A DNA stretch of 21,585 nt from Candidatus Hydrogenedentota bacterium (GTDB lineage: Bacteria > Hydrogenedentota > Hydrogenedentia > Hydrogenedentales > SLHB01), in contig JAWXCN010000202.1 in NCBI GenBank assembly GCA_034408725.1, forward strand, positions 1-21,585, given 5' to 3'. The notes under the pieces were generated by a model. That model saw nothing but the letters and a program-made list of their open reading frames with translations. It made no database searches and was not told the origin of the DNA. Each line of letters starts with the position of its first letter. The stretch's first letter is position 1. Below are positions 8,316-16,575 of this stretch, piece by piece. The translations under genes and the position numbers were made by a program.

Positions 8316-9380
8316 ATGTCAGCTTGTTGTACCGCCACGGGGATGGCGCCACAGTCCTACGATTTGAAGAAGCGGATCAATGCCGAAGATAAAAGCCTGT
8401 TGAACTGCAAACAGGTGGACGTGAACCAGCTCATGCCGTTGAAGTACCACTGGGCGTGGGAGCACTATCTGAATGGCTGTAATAACAACTGGCAGCCCAG
8501 CGAAGTGCCGATGCAACGCGATATCGAGCTATGGAAATCCGATGCGCTGAGCGACGCGGAGCGCCAGGTGATCATGCGGAACCTCGGGTTCTTCAGCACG
8601 GGCGAGAGCCTCGTTGGCAACAACATTGTGTTGGCGATCTTCAAGCACATCACGAACCCGGAAGCGCGCCAGTATCTGTTGCGGCAGGCGTTCGAGGAAG
8701 CCGTGCACACGCACACGTTCCACTACATCGTGGAATCGCTCGGGCTGGATGAACGCGAAATTTTCAACATGTACCACGAAGTGGACTCGATCGAGGGCAA
8801 GGACCAATTCGTCATGCGGCTCACCGCCGACGTGCTGCGCGACGGTTTCTCGACCGAGACCACCGAAGGCATCCAGCAGTTTCTGAAAAACCTCATCGGG
8901 TTTTACGTCGTGATGGAAGGCATTTTTTTCTACAGCGGCTTCGTGATGATCCTTTCTTTCCACCGGCAAAATCGCATGACGGGCATTGGCGAACAGTTCC
9001 AATACATCCTGCGCGATGAAACGACGCACCTGAATTTTGGTATCGATCTTATCAATGGCGTGAAGGAAGAAAACGCGGGCGTGTGGACGCCGCAGTTGCA
9101 GGAAGAAATCTACGACATGATCCGCGAAGCGGTGCAGTACGAGATCAAGTACGCCGAAGATTGTCTGCCGAAAGGAATTTTGGGCTTGAATGCGAACCTG
9201 TTCCGCGAGTATGTTCAACACGTGGCGGATCGGCGCCTTGAACGGATCGGGCTCCGGGCGATCTATGGATCGCGGAATCCGTTTCCGTGGATGAGCGAGA
9301 CAATCGATCTGAGCAAGGAAAAGAATTTCTTCGAGACGCGCGTGACGGAGTACCAGACGGCGGCGAGTCTTGAATGGTGA
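8316..9380 (+). CDS. nrdB: Ribonucleotide reductase beta subunit, class Ic (Mn/Fe, R2c) type
   Basis: Ferritin-like motifs [35 protein letters not shown]-terminus [11 protein letters not shown]. Phe at the radical-Tyr position and Glu as first metal ligand. ATG at 8316 follows RBS AAGGGG. Confidence 0.95.
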   Translation: MSACCTATGMAPQSYDLKKRINAEDKSLLNCKQVDVNQLMPLKYHWAWEHYLNGCNNNWQPSEVPMQRDIELWKSDALSDAERQVIMRNLGFFSTGESLVGNNIVLAIFKHITNPEARQYLLRQAFEEAVHTHTFHYIVESLGLDEREIFNMYHEVDSIEGKDQFVMRLTADVLRDGFSTETTEGIQQFLKNLIGFYVVMEGIFFYSGFVMILSFHRQNRMTGIGEQFQYILRDETTHLNFGIDLINGVKEENAGVWTPQLQEEIYDMIREAVQYEIKYAEDCLPKGILGLNANLFREYVQHVADRRLERIGLRAIYGSRNPFPWMSETIDLSKEKNFFETRVTEYQTAASLEW

Positions 9381-9421
9381 ATCCGGCCGAAATCGCGTAG
9401 GAGGCGACGACGGATCTGGCA

Positions 9422-9449
9422 GGGGGTTGCGGCGAAAGCCGCAGCCCCC
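9422..9449 (+). terminator. Hairpin after nrdB (terminator-like or mRNA stabiliser)
   Basis: GGGGGTTGCGGC-GAAA-GCCGCAGCCCCC, a 12-bp stem with a GAAA tetraloop; poor U-tract. Confidence 0.45.
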
Positions 9450-9492
9450 AAAATTATTTCCGCTGGCAATGAACGAGACAACGTAAGAAAAC

Positions 9493-10305
9493 ATGCTCAC
9501 TCTTCACCGCCTTTGCATCCACACCATGACGACCAAGCCGTGGCCGTTACGTGAGGCTATCGATGGATACGTGCGTGCCGGCGTGCCGGGAATCACCGTG
9601 TGGCGGCAGCATCTCGAGGGCGTTGGCCTCGATGAAGCAGCGAAAATGCTGCGCGATTCGGAATTGCGCGTGGTGAGCCTGTGCCGGGGCGGATTCTTTC
9701 CCGGTGTAACGATTGCCAAACGGCAATTCGCAATCGATGACAACAAGCGCGCGATCGACGAAGCGAGAGCGATCGGCGCGCCGCTGGTCGTGCTGGTGTG
9801 CGGCGCGGTGCCGCACATGCCGCTCGCGGAAGCGCGTAACCAGATTCTGCATGGAATTTCGTCCATCGTCGATCACGCGGCGCAGGCGCAGGTCAAGCTC
9901 GCAATTGAACCGCTCCACCCCATGTACGCCGACACGCGGTCCGCGGTGAACACCATGGAGCAGGCGAACAACATGCTCGCGGCGTTGCAGAGTCCGTGGG
10001 TGGGAATTACGGTGGACGTGTACCACGTGTGGTGGGACCCGTATTTACAGAATGAAATTCAGCGCGCGGGCAAGAGCATTTTTTCGTTTCACGTCTGCGA
10101 CTGGCGCGACCCGACGCGTGACCTGTTAAACGACCGCGGCCTGATGGGCGAAGGCTGTATCAACGTCCCGCAAATCCGCAAATGGATCGAGGACGCCGGG
10201 TTCGACGGGCCAATTGAAGTAGAGATTTTTTCGGATGAACACTGGGCTGGTGACCAGGCTGAATACCTCGAAAAGATCAAGGTGGCGTATTTGAAGCATA
10301 GCTAA
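9493..10305 (+). CDS. Sugar phosphate isomerase/epimerase (xylose-isomerase-like TIM barrel, AP endonuclease 2 family)
   Basis: 270 aa; metal motifs LAIEPLHP, VDVYHVWW, FHVCDW, DRGLMGEG, EVEIFS. Confidence 0.88.
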   Translation: MLTLHRLCIHTMTTKPWPLREAIDGYVRAGVPGITVWRQHLEGVGLDEAAKMLRDSELRVVSLCRGGFFPGVTIAKRQFAIDDNKRAIDEARAIGAPLVVLVCGAVPHMPLAEARNQILHGISSIVDHAAQAQVKLAIEPLHPMYADTRSAVNTMEQANNMLAALQSPWVGITVDVYHVWWDPYLQNEIQRAGKSIFSFHVCDWRDPTRDLLNDRGLMGEGCINVPQIRKWIEDAGFDGPIEVEIFSDEHWAGDQAEYLEKIKVAYLKHS

Positions 10306-10540
10306 TCGTGGTCCCCGGGCTGTCGGAAAAGCACACGCCGTTCCTACCGGTAGTAATCGTTGTTACGGGCGCCGTAATCGGAATTTAGCGCAAATTGAGA
10401 CCCTGCCGGGTCGGCGCGAGTGGCGCGGTCGAGAGACCGGCCACAACGGCCATGGGCCGCGCAGCCCCTAGCCTCGGCTCGGGATTGTGCGGCCCATAAG
10501 CGATATCAATCCTTCAGCGGCAGCACTGCCGCCGCGCGCG

Positions 10541-10720
10541 TCAGAATTGATGCATTTGGCTCGCGCAATTGACGTATACACTTTGGAGCAACTCGCGGAA
10601 AGCGGCGCTTGGGGCTGCCGGTGTGGCCGCATAGGCAACCGCGCTCGGCCCGAACAGCGTGATGGCGACGATGACGACCATAGCCCACATGACCCAATTT
10701 TTCTGAGTTAGCCATTTCAT
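10541..10720 (-). CDS. 59-aa predicted secreted small protein
   Basis: Manual translation MKWLTQKNWVMWAMVVIVAITLFGPSAVAYAATPAAPSAAFRELLQSVYVNCASQMHQF*. RBS GAAGAGG; Sec-type signal with an AYA cleavage motif; upstream TTTCAA-17-TATACT. Shorter than any ORF in the supplied track. Confidence 0.6.
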   Translation of the reverse strand: MKWLTQKNWVMWAMVVIVAITLFGPSAVAYAATPAAPSAAFRELLQSVYVNCASQMHQF

Positions 10721-10818
10721 GATCTCGTGTCCTCTTCCCAGTTGAATTTTCGGCGGAGGGATTCTCCTCCGTCGCCCTGCATGACCAGAGTATACGCGCC
10801 CACAACCCTATTTGAAAA

Positions 10819-11039
10819 CCAGTGTCATGAAGCCCAAATCCTTGGCAAAAATCACACGCATAATCCAATCTTCAATGTCCCCCTTTGAAGCGCGTTTCAT
10901 AATCCAATCTTCGATGTCCCCCTTTGAAGCGCGTTTCATAATCTAATCTTCAAAGTCCCCCTTTGAAGGGGGATTTAGGGGGATGTAAAGTCTGATTTCC
11001 AAACTTAGTATTGAACGAATCTCAAACTCAGGACACTAG
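10819..11039. mobile_element. MITE/REP-like non-autonomous element
   Basis: Imperfect terminal inverted repeats CCAGTGTCATGAA (10819) and CTCAGGACACTAG (11027-11039), 10/13 matching. AT-rich interior with the palindrome TCCCCCTTTGAAGGGGGA followed by TTTAGGGGGAT. Confidence 0.5.
10859..10968. repeat. 39-bp tandem repeat, about 2.8 copies
   Basis: CATAATCCAATCTTC(A/G)ATGTCCCCCTTTGAAGCGCGTTT at 10859 and 10898, with a partial copy at 10937; no spacers. Confidence 0.95.
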
Positions 11040-11173
11040 GCTACACGCCACCGGGATGCAACACACCGGGCCCATCTAACAAAGAATACGGCTCTTTCGC
11101 CGACGCGCTCTTTCCTCCTACCTAGCCTATGGAGGACTTGCTCCTTCCTCCTTCGCTGAAGCGGAATTCAGCG

Positions 11174-12247
11174 CTACGGAGCGGATGCTTTATGTTGCGG
11201 CAGCGCAATGATGCTGCTGAGGCTGTGGGCGGATTCCGTTGTTGCGTTCAGGCTTGGATTCGCGTCTTGCGGCGGGGCATGCGTCGATGTCGCGGCGATG
11301 GATGCGGCGTCCGGCGCGAGCGCGGGTTCGGACGCGACGGGAGCATTGGTAACGAGGGCTTCGGTATGCGAAGGCGCCAGCGTTTCAGCCGGCGCGTCTG
11401 GTGTGCTTACCGGGGCCGCCGACTCGGGTGCTTGATCGAGCGGTTCGTCCGTCGCCGGGGAATCCGATGAACCGATCATGGCATCGAGTGCATTTTCATC
11501 GTAAATCACGAAGTCGACGCGACGGTTTTTTGCGCGGCCTTCGGCGGAATCGTTTGACGCGACGGGCCGGTACTCGCCGTATCCGCTCGCGGAGAACAAT
11601 TGCGGCGGCAGCGCGCCATCCGTGATGAGCATCATGATGACATTCACGGCGCGCGCGGCGGACAACTCGAAGTTGTTGCGGAAGCGTCCGCTGCTGACGG
11701 GTACGTCGTCCGTATGTCCTTCGACGTGGATGTTGTATTGCCGCGCGCCGAGCACTTCGCCAACAGGCCTCAGGAGTTCGATCGCGGCTGGCGTGAGGTC
11801 GGCGCTGCCGGGTTCAAAAAGCAGGTTGTCGGCGAGCTCCATTACAAGTTTTGGTCCGCGCGGATCGACTTTCGTAGTAACCGATTGCGAAATGCCGCGC
11901 TGCGCCATTAACGAATCGAGGTCAGACTTGAGCGCCTGTATGCGGCGTTTTCGCAGGTCGCCATCCGCCTTCTGGTGGCGCGTGCCTTTACGCGCGTCGC
12001 CTTCAGACTTATTAGGCATTATCGAATTCCCGGCGATGGGTTGTCCGCCAACGCCGACCGCGCTGACCGCGGGTTTTCCGAATACCTGGGACAGGCCAGA
12101 GGCGAGCTGCTTGAATTTTTCCGCGTCGGTGCGGGACATCGAATACATGACGAGGAAGAACACCATGAGCAGCGTGATTAGATCGGCGTATGTGATCAGC
12201 CAGCGCTCGTCGTTCTCGTGCTCCTCGTGCGCCTTCTTCAGTTCCAT
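11174..12247 (-). CDS. motB: Flagellar motor stator protein MotB (OmpA-like peptidoglycan-binding domain, Ala/Pro-rich tail)
   Basis: ERWLITYADLITLLMVFF transmembrane segment with the conserved Asp; VEGHTDD, NFELSAARA, GYGEYRP, NRRVDFVI. Confidence 0.92.
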   Translation of the reverse strand: MELKKAHEEHENDERWLITYADLITLLMVFFLVMYSMSRTDAEKFKQLASGLSQVFGKPAVSAVGVGGQPIAGNSIMPNKSEGDARKGTRHQKADGDLRKRRIQALKSDLDSLMAQRGISQSVTTKVDPRGPKLVMELADNLLFEPGSADLTPAAIELLRPVGEVLGARQYNIHVEGHTDDVPVSSGRFRNNFELSAARAVNVIMMLITDGALPPQLFSASGYGEYRPVASNDSAEGRAKNRRVDFVIYDENALDAMIGSSDSPATDEPLDQAPESAAPVSTPDAPAETLAPSHTEALVTNAPVASEPALAPDAASIAATSTHAPPQDANPSLNATTESAHSLSSIIALPQHKASAP

Positions 12248-12272
12248 GCAGGGGGTCCTTCGCGCGGGTATG

Positions 12273-13043
12273 TTAGGCGGCTTTGGCCGTGGTCTTCGAT
12301 TTCTCGGACATGAACGACATCAGCTTCTGTTTGACGATGTGCGGGCTGTCGCCGCCGTAAAGGGAGAGCACGCCTTCTACGATCATCGTTCTGCTCATGG
12401 CCTCTTCCTTGGCAATGGTGGCGAATTTTTTCGATATCGGAAGGAAGACGAGGTTTGCAAAGGCGACACCGTAGAGGGTCGCGATGAACGCCATGGCGAT
12501 GGACGGCCCGAGCGAGTCCGGGTTAGAGAGGTTGCCCAATACGTGGATGAGGCCGATGACCGTTCCGATAATTCCCATGGTGGGCGAGAAACCACCGGCG
12601 GTTTTGTATACGTCGGATGAGGTCTTGATGCCCTCCTCTTCGACATAGATTTCTGTCATCATGATTTGCTTCACCAACTCGGGGTTGGTACCGTCGATGA
12701 CCAGTCGCAGGCCGCGGCGCAGGAAGGGGTGATCCACCTTGAGCTTTTGGTTCTCAAGTGCGAGTATGCCTTCCTTCCTCGCGATGGTTGCAAGCTGCAC
12801 GAACATGTCTGTGATCTCGCGCGGTTCGATGCCGGGTTTGCGAATCAGCAGCCCGGTTTTTTTCGCGCAATCCAATACCTGATGCAAGGTGTAGCAAGTG
12901 ACCGTCGAGCCAAAAGTCCCGCCGGCGATCAGCATGAGCGCCGAGGGCGCGAACAGCGAGCTGATATGCGCGCCTTCCATGAGGGCGCCGCCGATAATGG
13001 CTCCGATTCCGACAACGAGACCTATAATGGTCATTGGTTCCAT
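12273..13043 (-). CDS. motA: Flagellar motor stator protein MotA
   Basis: Start MEPMTIIG at 13043 with RBS AAGGAG; ARKEGILALE, GGFSPTMGIIGTVIGLI, AFIATLYGV. Confidence 0.92.
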   Translation of the reverse strand: MEPMTIIGLVVGIGAIIGGALMEGAHISSLFAPSALMLIAGGTFGSTVTCYTLHQVLDCAKKTGLLIRKPGIEPREITDMFVQLATIARKEGILALENQKLKVDHPFLRRGLRLVIDGTNPELVKQIMMTEIYVEEEGIKTSSDVYKTAGGFSPTMGIIGTVIGLIHVLGNLSNPDSLGPSIAMAFIATLYGVAFANLVFLPISKKFATIAKEEAMSRTMIVEGVLSLYGGDSPHIVKQKLMSFMSEKSKTTAKAA

Positions 13044-13240
13044 GTGCGCGAATCTCCTTGGTGCGCATGGTGCTAACGCATGCGTGCAGTTGTGGTTGCA
13101 CACGCGGCGATTTTAGCAGATAATGTCAATAATTTCTACATATTTTTCAACTGGCGTAACATAGTCATGGGCCTATAGTTAGAAAACGAACTGCGGGATT
13201 TGCGGAATTAACAAAAACATTAAACTCGGAGGATTTTAGC

Positions 13241-14044
13241 ATGTCTAGCTCCCACATCAAAACCCGCGTACACCAACAGTACTGGGTCGTCCAATTGGCA
13301 CGGCCCGAAAAGCGCAACGCGATTACATTCGATATGCTGATCGCGCTCGGCGACGCCGTGGCCGAGGTGGACCAGCATCCCGACTTGCGGGCGGTAATCG
13401 TCGAGGCGGAGGGTTCGATTTTTTCGGCGGGGGTGGACATCGGCTCATTGATGGAAATGCGCAGCGCGGCGGGAGAGGGCAATGTCGCGCGGTGGCTCCG
13501 GCGCGGGGCAGACCGGCTTCAACACGCGCTGCATCTAATCGAATCGACGGAGGTCCCCGTGATCGGGGCGCTGCACGGCCAGGTGATCGGGTTGGGGTTG
13601 GAAATTGCGCTATCTTTTGATCTGCGGGTTTGCACGCCGGACTGTTTGTTCAGCATACCCGAATCCAGGATGGGGCTGGTGGCGGACGTCGGCGGGACGA
13701 CGCGGCTAAGCCGCACAATAGGTCCATCGCGCGCGAAGGACATGCTGATGTCGGCGCGGTCCATAGACGCGGACGAGGCGCTTGCCTGGGGGCTGGTGAA
13801 CCGCATCGCGCCGAATGAAGACGCGTTCGCGGAGGCCGCGACTTTGGCGGAGCAAATCGCGCAAAATGCGCCGCTCGCCGTTGGCATGGCGAAACGCATC
13901 GTAGACCAGGGCGATGGGCTGGACAAGCATTCGCAAATGGCGATTGAACGTTGGGCGCAGAGCCAGCTCATCACGACGGATGATGTTACGGAAGCCGCAA
14001 TGTCTTTTCTCGAAAAACGGCCCGCGGACTTTAAGGGAAAGTAA
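13241..14044 (+). CDS. Enoyl-CoA hydratase/isomerase (crotonase family)
   Basis: RPEKRNA, FSAGVDI, GLGLEIAL, PESRMGL (both catalytic Glu present), FLEKRPADFKGK; RBS GGAGG. Confidence 0.92.
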   Translation: MSSSHIKTRVHQQYWVVQLARPEKRNAITFDMLIALGDAVAEVDQHPDLRAVIVEAEGSIFSAGVDIGSLMEMRSAAGEGNVARWLRRGADRLQHALHLIESTEVPVIGALHGQVIGLGLEIALSFDLRVCTPDCLFSIPESRMGLVADVGGTTRLSRTIGPSRAKDMLMSARSIDADEALAWGLVNRIAPNEDAFAEAATLAEQIAQNAPLAVGMAKRIVDQGDGLDKHSQMAIERWAQSQLITTDDVTEAAMSFLEKRPADFKGK

Positions 14045-14450
14045 GGCTACTCGATGCGCCCCGAAAGTGAGCCGGAGCACCCCGGCGCAGGCGCATGGCC
14101 TAACTGTTCGTTTCGCTCCGCCACCGCAGTCCCAATAGTCCCCTGTCCAAACGCCAAGTTTTAGGAAGAAGCCGATGCGCCGAGGTCCAGAGAAGATTTC
14201 TAGCCTGCCGGCTGGTCGCGCAACGGGGCCGATTCGCTCTCCTTTTTGAGCGGAGGGCATGTGATCGCCCGATATCCGCCGATGTGGTATTCTTCATTAC
14301 CTGTTTTTTTCGTTTAGCGTCGAACTCGTTCGTGGCGACAGCGCGCGTTTACTCGACGGCATAACAGTGTCCGGCGCAATACGTTTGGCGTTGCAGTTTG
14401 TGGGCGCCAACATGCGGGTATTTCGCGCGCCGGGCAAGGAGTCAAACACA

Positions 14451-15890
14451 GTGAACAGAGTGATGATAGCGGCGGCTTTTCTGCTGCTACCCCGGCTGGC
14501 CCTCGCGCAGCCGATCGACATGTCCACGTTGACCGGCGAAGACTGGTACGGCCTGTATTTGAACGGCCAGAAGTCCGGCTATTTGATGAGCGCGGTCGCT
14601 GTCGAGGCAGACGGCACCATCACGGTCGAGGAAGACGCGCGTTTCAAACTGATGATGCAGGCAGTGCGCCAGGACCTCCAAACCTATTCTAAACGGACTT
14701 ATGCCGCCGACGGTGCGCTGCTCCGGTTCGTGCAGGAAATCAAGGATATTACCGGCAAGTCGCGGTTTGAAGGGGCGATCGAGGGCGATCAGTTGAAGAT
14801 GGTTTCGACCATCGGCGGTACGCGCAAGGAAGAATCGATACCCGCGCCCAAGGAAAACCTGCGCGACGCGTTCAAACAGTCCATGCTCGCGAACCCGACC
14901 GCGAAAATTGGGGACAAGATTACGTACTCCTATTTCGAGCCACTGCTTTCGGCGGAAACCGGCGGGCGCTGTGAAATCGTCGCGGAAGAATCGCGGACGC
15001 TCGAGGGGGTGCCGACGAAAGTGTTCAAGATCGCCACGCACGACGATTTCACGGGCCTTGATACGGTGTCCTATGTGACGGAACATGGCGTGCTGCTTGA
15101 AGACATCGTTGCGAGCATGATCACTATGCGGCTCGAGTCCAAAGAAATGGCGCAGGACGTGAACTATGTGAACGACGTGCTGGTGTCGAACGCGGCGTAT
15201 GTGAACGCGCCGATCCAGCAGGCGCGCACGCGCGATATGTTGCGCCTTGTCGTGAAAGGTCCGTTGACCTCGGCCCATCTGTTCAACGACGAGCGGCAGT
15301 TCTTCACGCAAAAAGGCGATTCATTCGAGTTTACGGGCCGCGCGATTTCGCTGAATGGATTTACGCCCGCTCAACTGCCTATTGTCGAACCCAGTGTCGA
15401 GGAATGGCAGAAACCCACGCGGTTTGTCCAGAGCGACGATCCGAAGATTGCGGCAAAGGCAAAGCAAATCATCGGCGACGAGACGGACACCATGAAAATA
15501 ACTGAAAAACTTTCGTCATGGGTATACGAGAATGTGCAAACGACGTTTTCGGCGCGCCTGACGAATGCGCTCGAGGTGATGAACAGTCTCGAGGGGGATT
15601 GCACCGAACACAGCGTATTGTTTATCGCGCTTGCGCGCGCGGCGGGCCTGCCAGCGCGTGAGGTGGCTGGGCTGATCTACATGGAAGGTGACCGGCCTGG
15701 GTTTTACTTTCATCAATGGGCCAAGGTTTGGGTGGGAAAATGGATTGACGTTGATCCGACCTGGAACCAGCCTCTGGCGGATGTAACACACATCAAACTC
15801 GGTGAAGGGGACCTGTTTCAGCAGGCGCAATTGATTCCGATCATTGGGCGCATCCAGGTTGAAGTTGTCGAGGATGCCGCTGCAAACTGA
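14451..15890 (+). CDS. Secreted transglutaminase-like (TGc) domain protein
   Basis: GTG at 14451 after AAGGAG; signal peptide ending ALA-Q; catalytic triad motifs GDCTEH, FHQW, VDPT. Confidence 0.85.
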   Translation: MNRVMIAAAFLLLPRLALAQPIDMSTLTGEDWYGLYLNGQKSGYLMSAVAVEADGTITVEEDARFKLMMQAVRQDLQTYSKRTYAADGALLRFVQEIKDITGKSRFEGAIEGDQLKMVSTIGGTRKEESIPAPKENLRDAFKQSMLANPTAKIGDKITYSYFEPLLSAETGGRCEIVAEESRTLEGVPTKVFKIATHDDFTGLDTVSYVTEHGVLLEDIVASMITMRLESKEMAQDVNYVNDVLVSNAAYVNAPIQQARTRDMLRLVVKGPLTSAHLFNDERQFFTQKGDSFEFTGRAISLNGFTPAQLPIVEPSVEEWQKPTRFVQSDDPKIAAKAKQIIGDETDTMKITEKLSSWVYENVQTTFSARLTNALEVMNSLEGDCTEHSVLFIALARAAGLPAREVAGLIYMEGDRPGFYFHQWAKVWVGKWIDVDPTWNQPLADVTHIKLGEGDLFQQAQLIPIIGRIQVEVVEDAAAN

Positions 15891-15921
15891 TGTCTTCGAG
15901 CACACCACGCGGAGGGCGCGA

Positions 15922-16539
15922 ATGCGCACGTTTTGGACCTGCATGATCCTGGCCTTGGCCGTGAGTTGCGGCACGACGGGTTCTCTCAACGAGCAACAGG
16001 CGCCGCCCGTCGATCCCGTGGTCCTCTTGCAGGAGGTTGACGGCGCGCTGGATTACATCGCGGGTGGCGGAGCAGCGCTTCCGTCATCGTTATCAGAAGG
16101 CGCATCTGCACCCGAAAACGTGGAAGAGGCCAGGAAACTGACCGACGCCGCGGACGAGATGCGCGCGCGCGCCGCGGAAATCGCCGCGCTAAAAGCCGGT
16201 GGCGTGCTGGGCGAAGACAATCGCGGCTACCTGACCATCCGCAACGATGATCGTCTCGAGAATCCCGGCGAGAAAAACCAGTTGCAACAGATCATGGCGG
16301 CGGAAAACGGAAACCGAAAAGATTTCTATGGCGCGATGGCCAGATTGCGCAAAGACCAAGGACTAACGCACACACGCGTCGAACGGCTGTTTGCCGCGCG
16401 GCGCATCGCCCGGGCGCCGGCAAACACGATCATTCAGCTTCCACCCGATGGCGAAGAGTTTGCGCGCGTCAAGGCATCACCCCTCGGCGTCTCGCTGGGC
16501 GATCATTGCCAGCCGGGTGCGTGGGTCGAGACGCCCTAA
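15922..16539 (+). CDS. DUF1318 (YdbL-like) lipoprotein
   Basis: ATG at 15922 after GGAGG; lipobox AVS-CG; motif LKAGGVLGEDNRGYL...AENGNRK. Confidence 0.75.
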   Translation: MRTFWTCMILALAVSCGTTGSLNEQQAPPVDPVVLLQEVDGALDYIAGGGAALPSSLSEGASAPENVEEARKLTDAADEMRARAAEIAALKAGGVLGEDNRGYLTIRNDDRLENPGEKNQLQQIMAAENGNRKDFYGAMARLRKDQGLTHTRVERLFAARRIARAPANTIIQLPPDGEEFARVKASPLGVSLGDHCQPGAWVETP

Positions 16540-16575
16540 CGCGACGCATCGCCGCGCCAGCGTAAACACTTCGCC

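Noticed and set aside
9422-9449. Complementarity between the ncRNA repeat CCGCAGCCC and the hairpin after nrdB
   Set aside because: A 9-nt GC-rich match is plausible by chance, and the site is sequestered in a stem.
10859-10968. CRISPR array
   Set aside because: The units are directly adjacent with no unique spacers, and no cas genes are present in the window.
11174-13043. Zorya ZorAB anti-phage system
   Set aside because: MotA is a canonical 256 aa without the long ZorA tail, and there are no zorC/D/E neighbours.
14045-14450. Gene or RNA in the ~400-bp gap after the enoyl-CoA hydratase
   Set aside because: No ORF with a credible RBS or motif, and no convincing structure seen.
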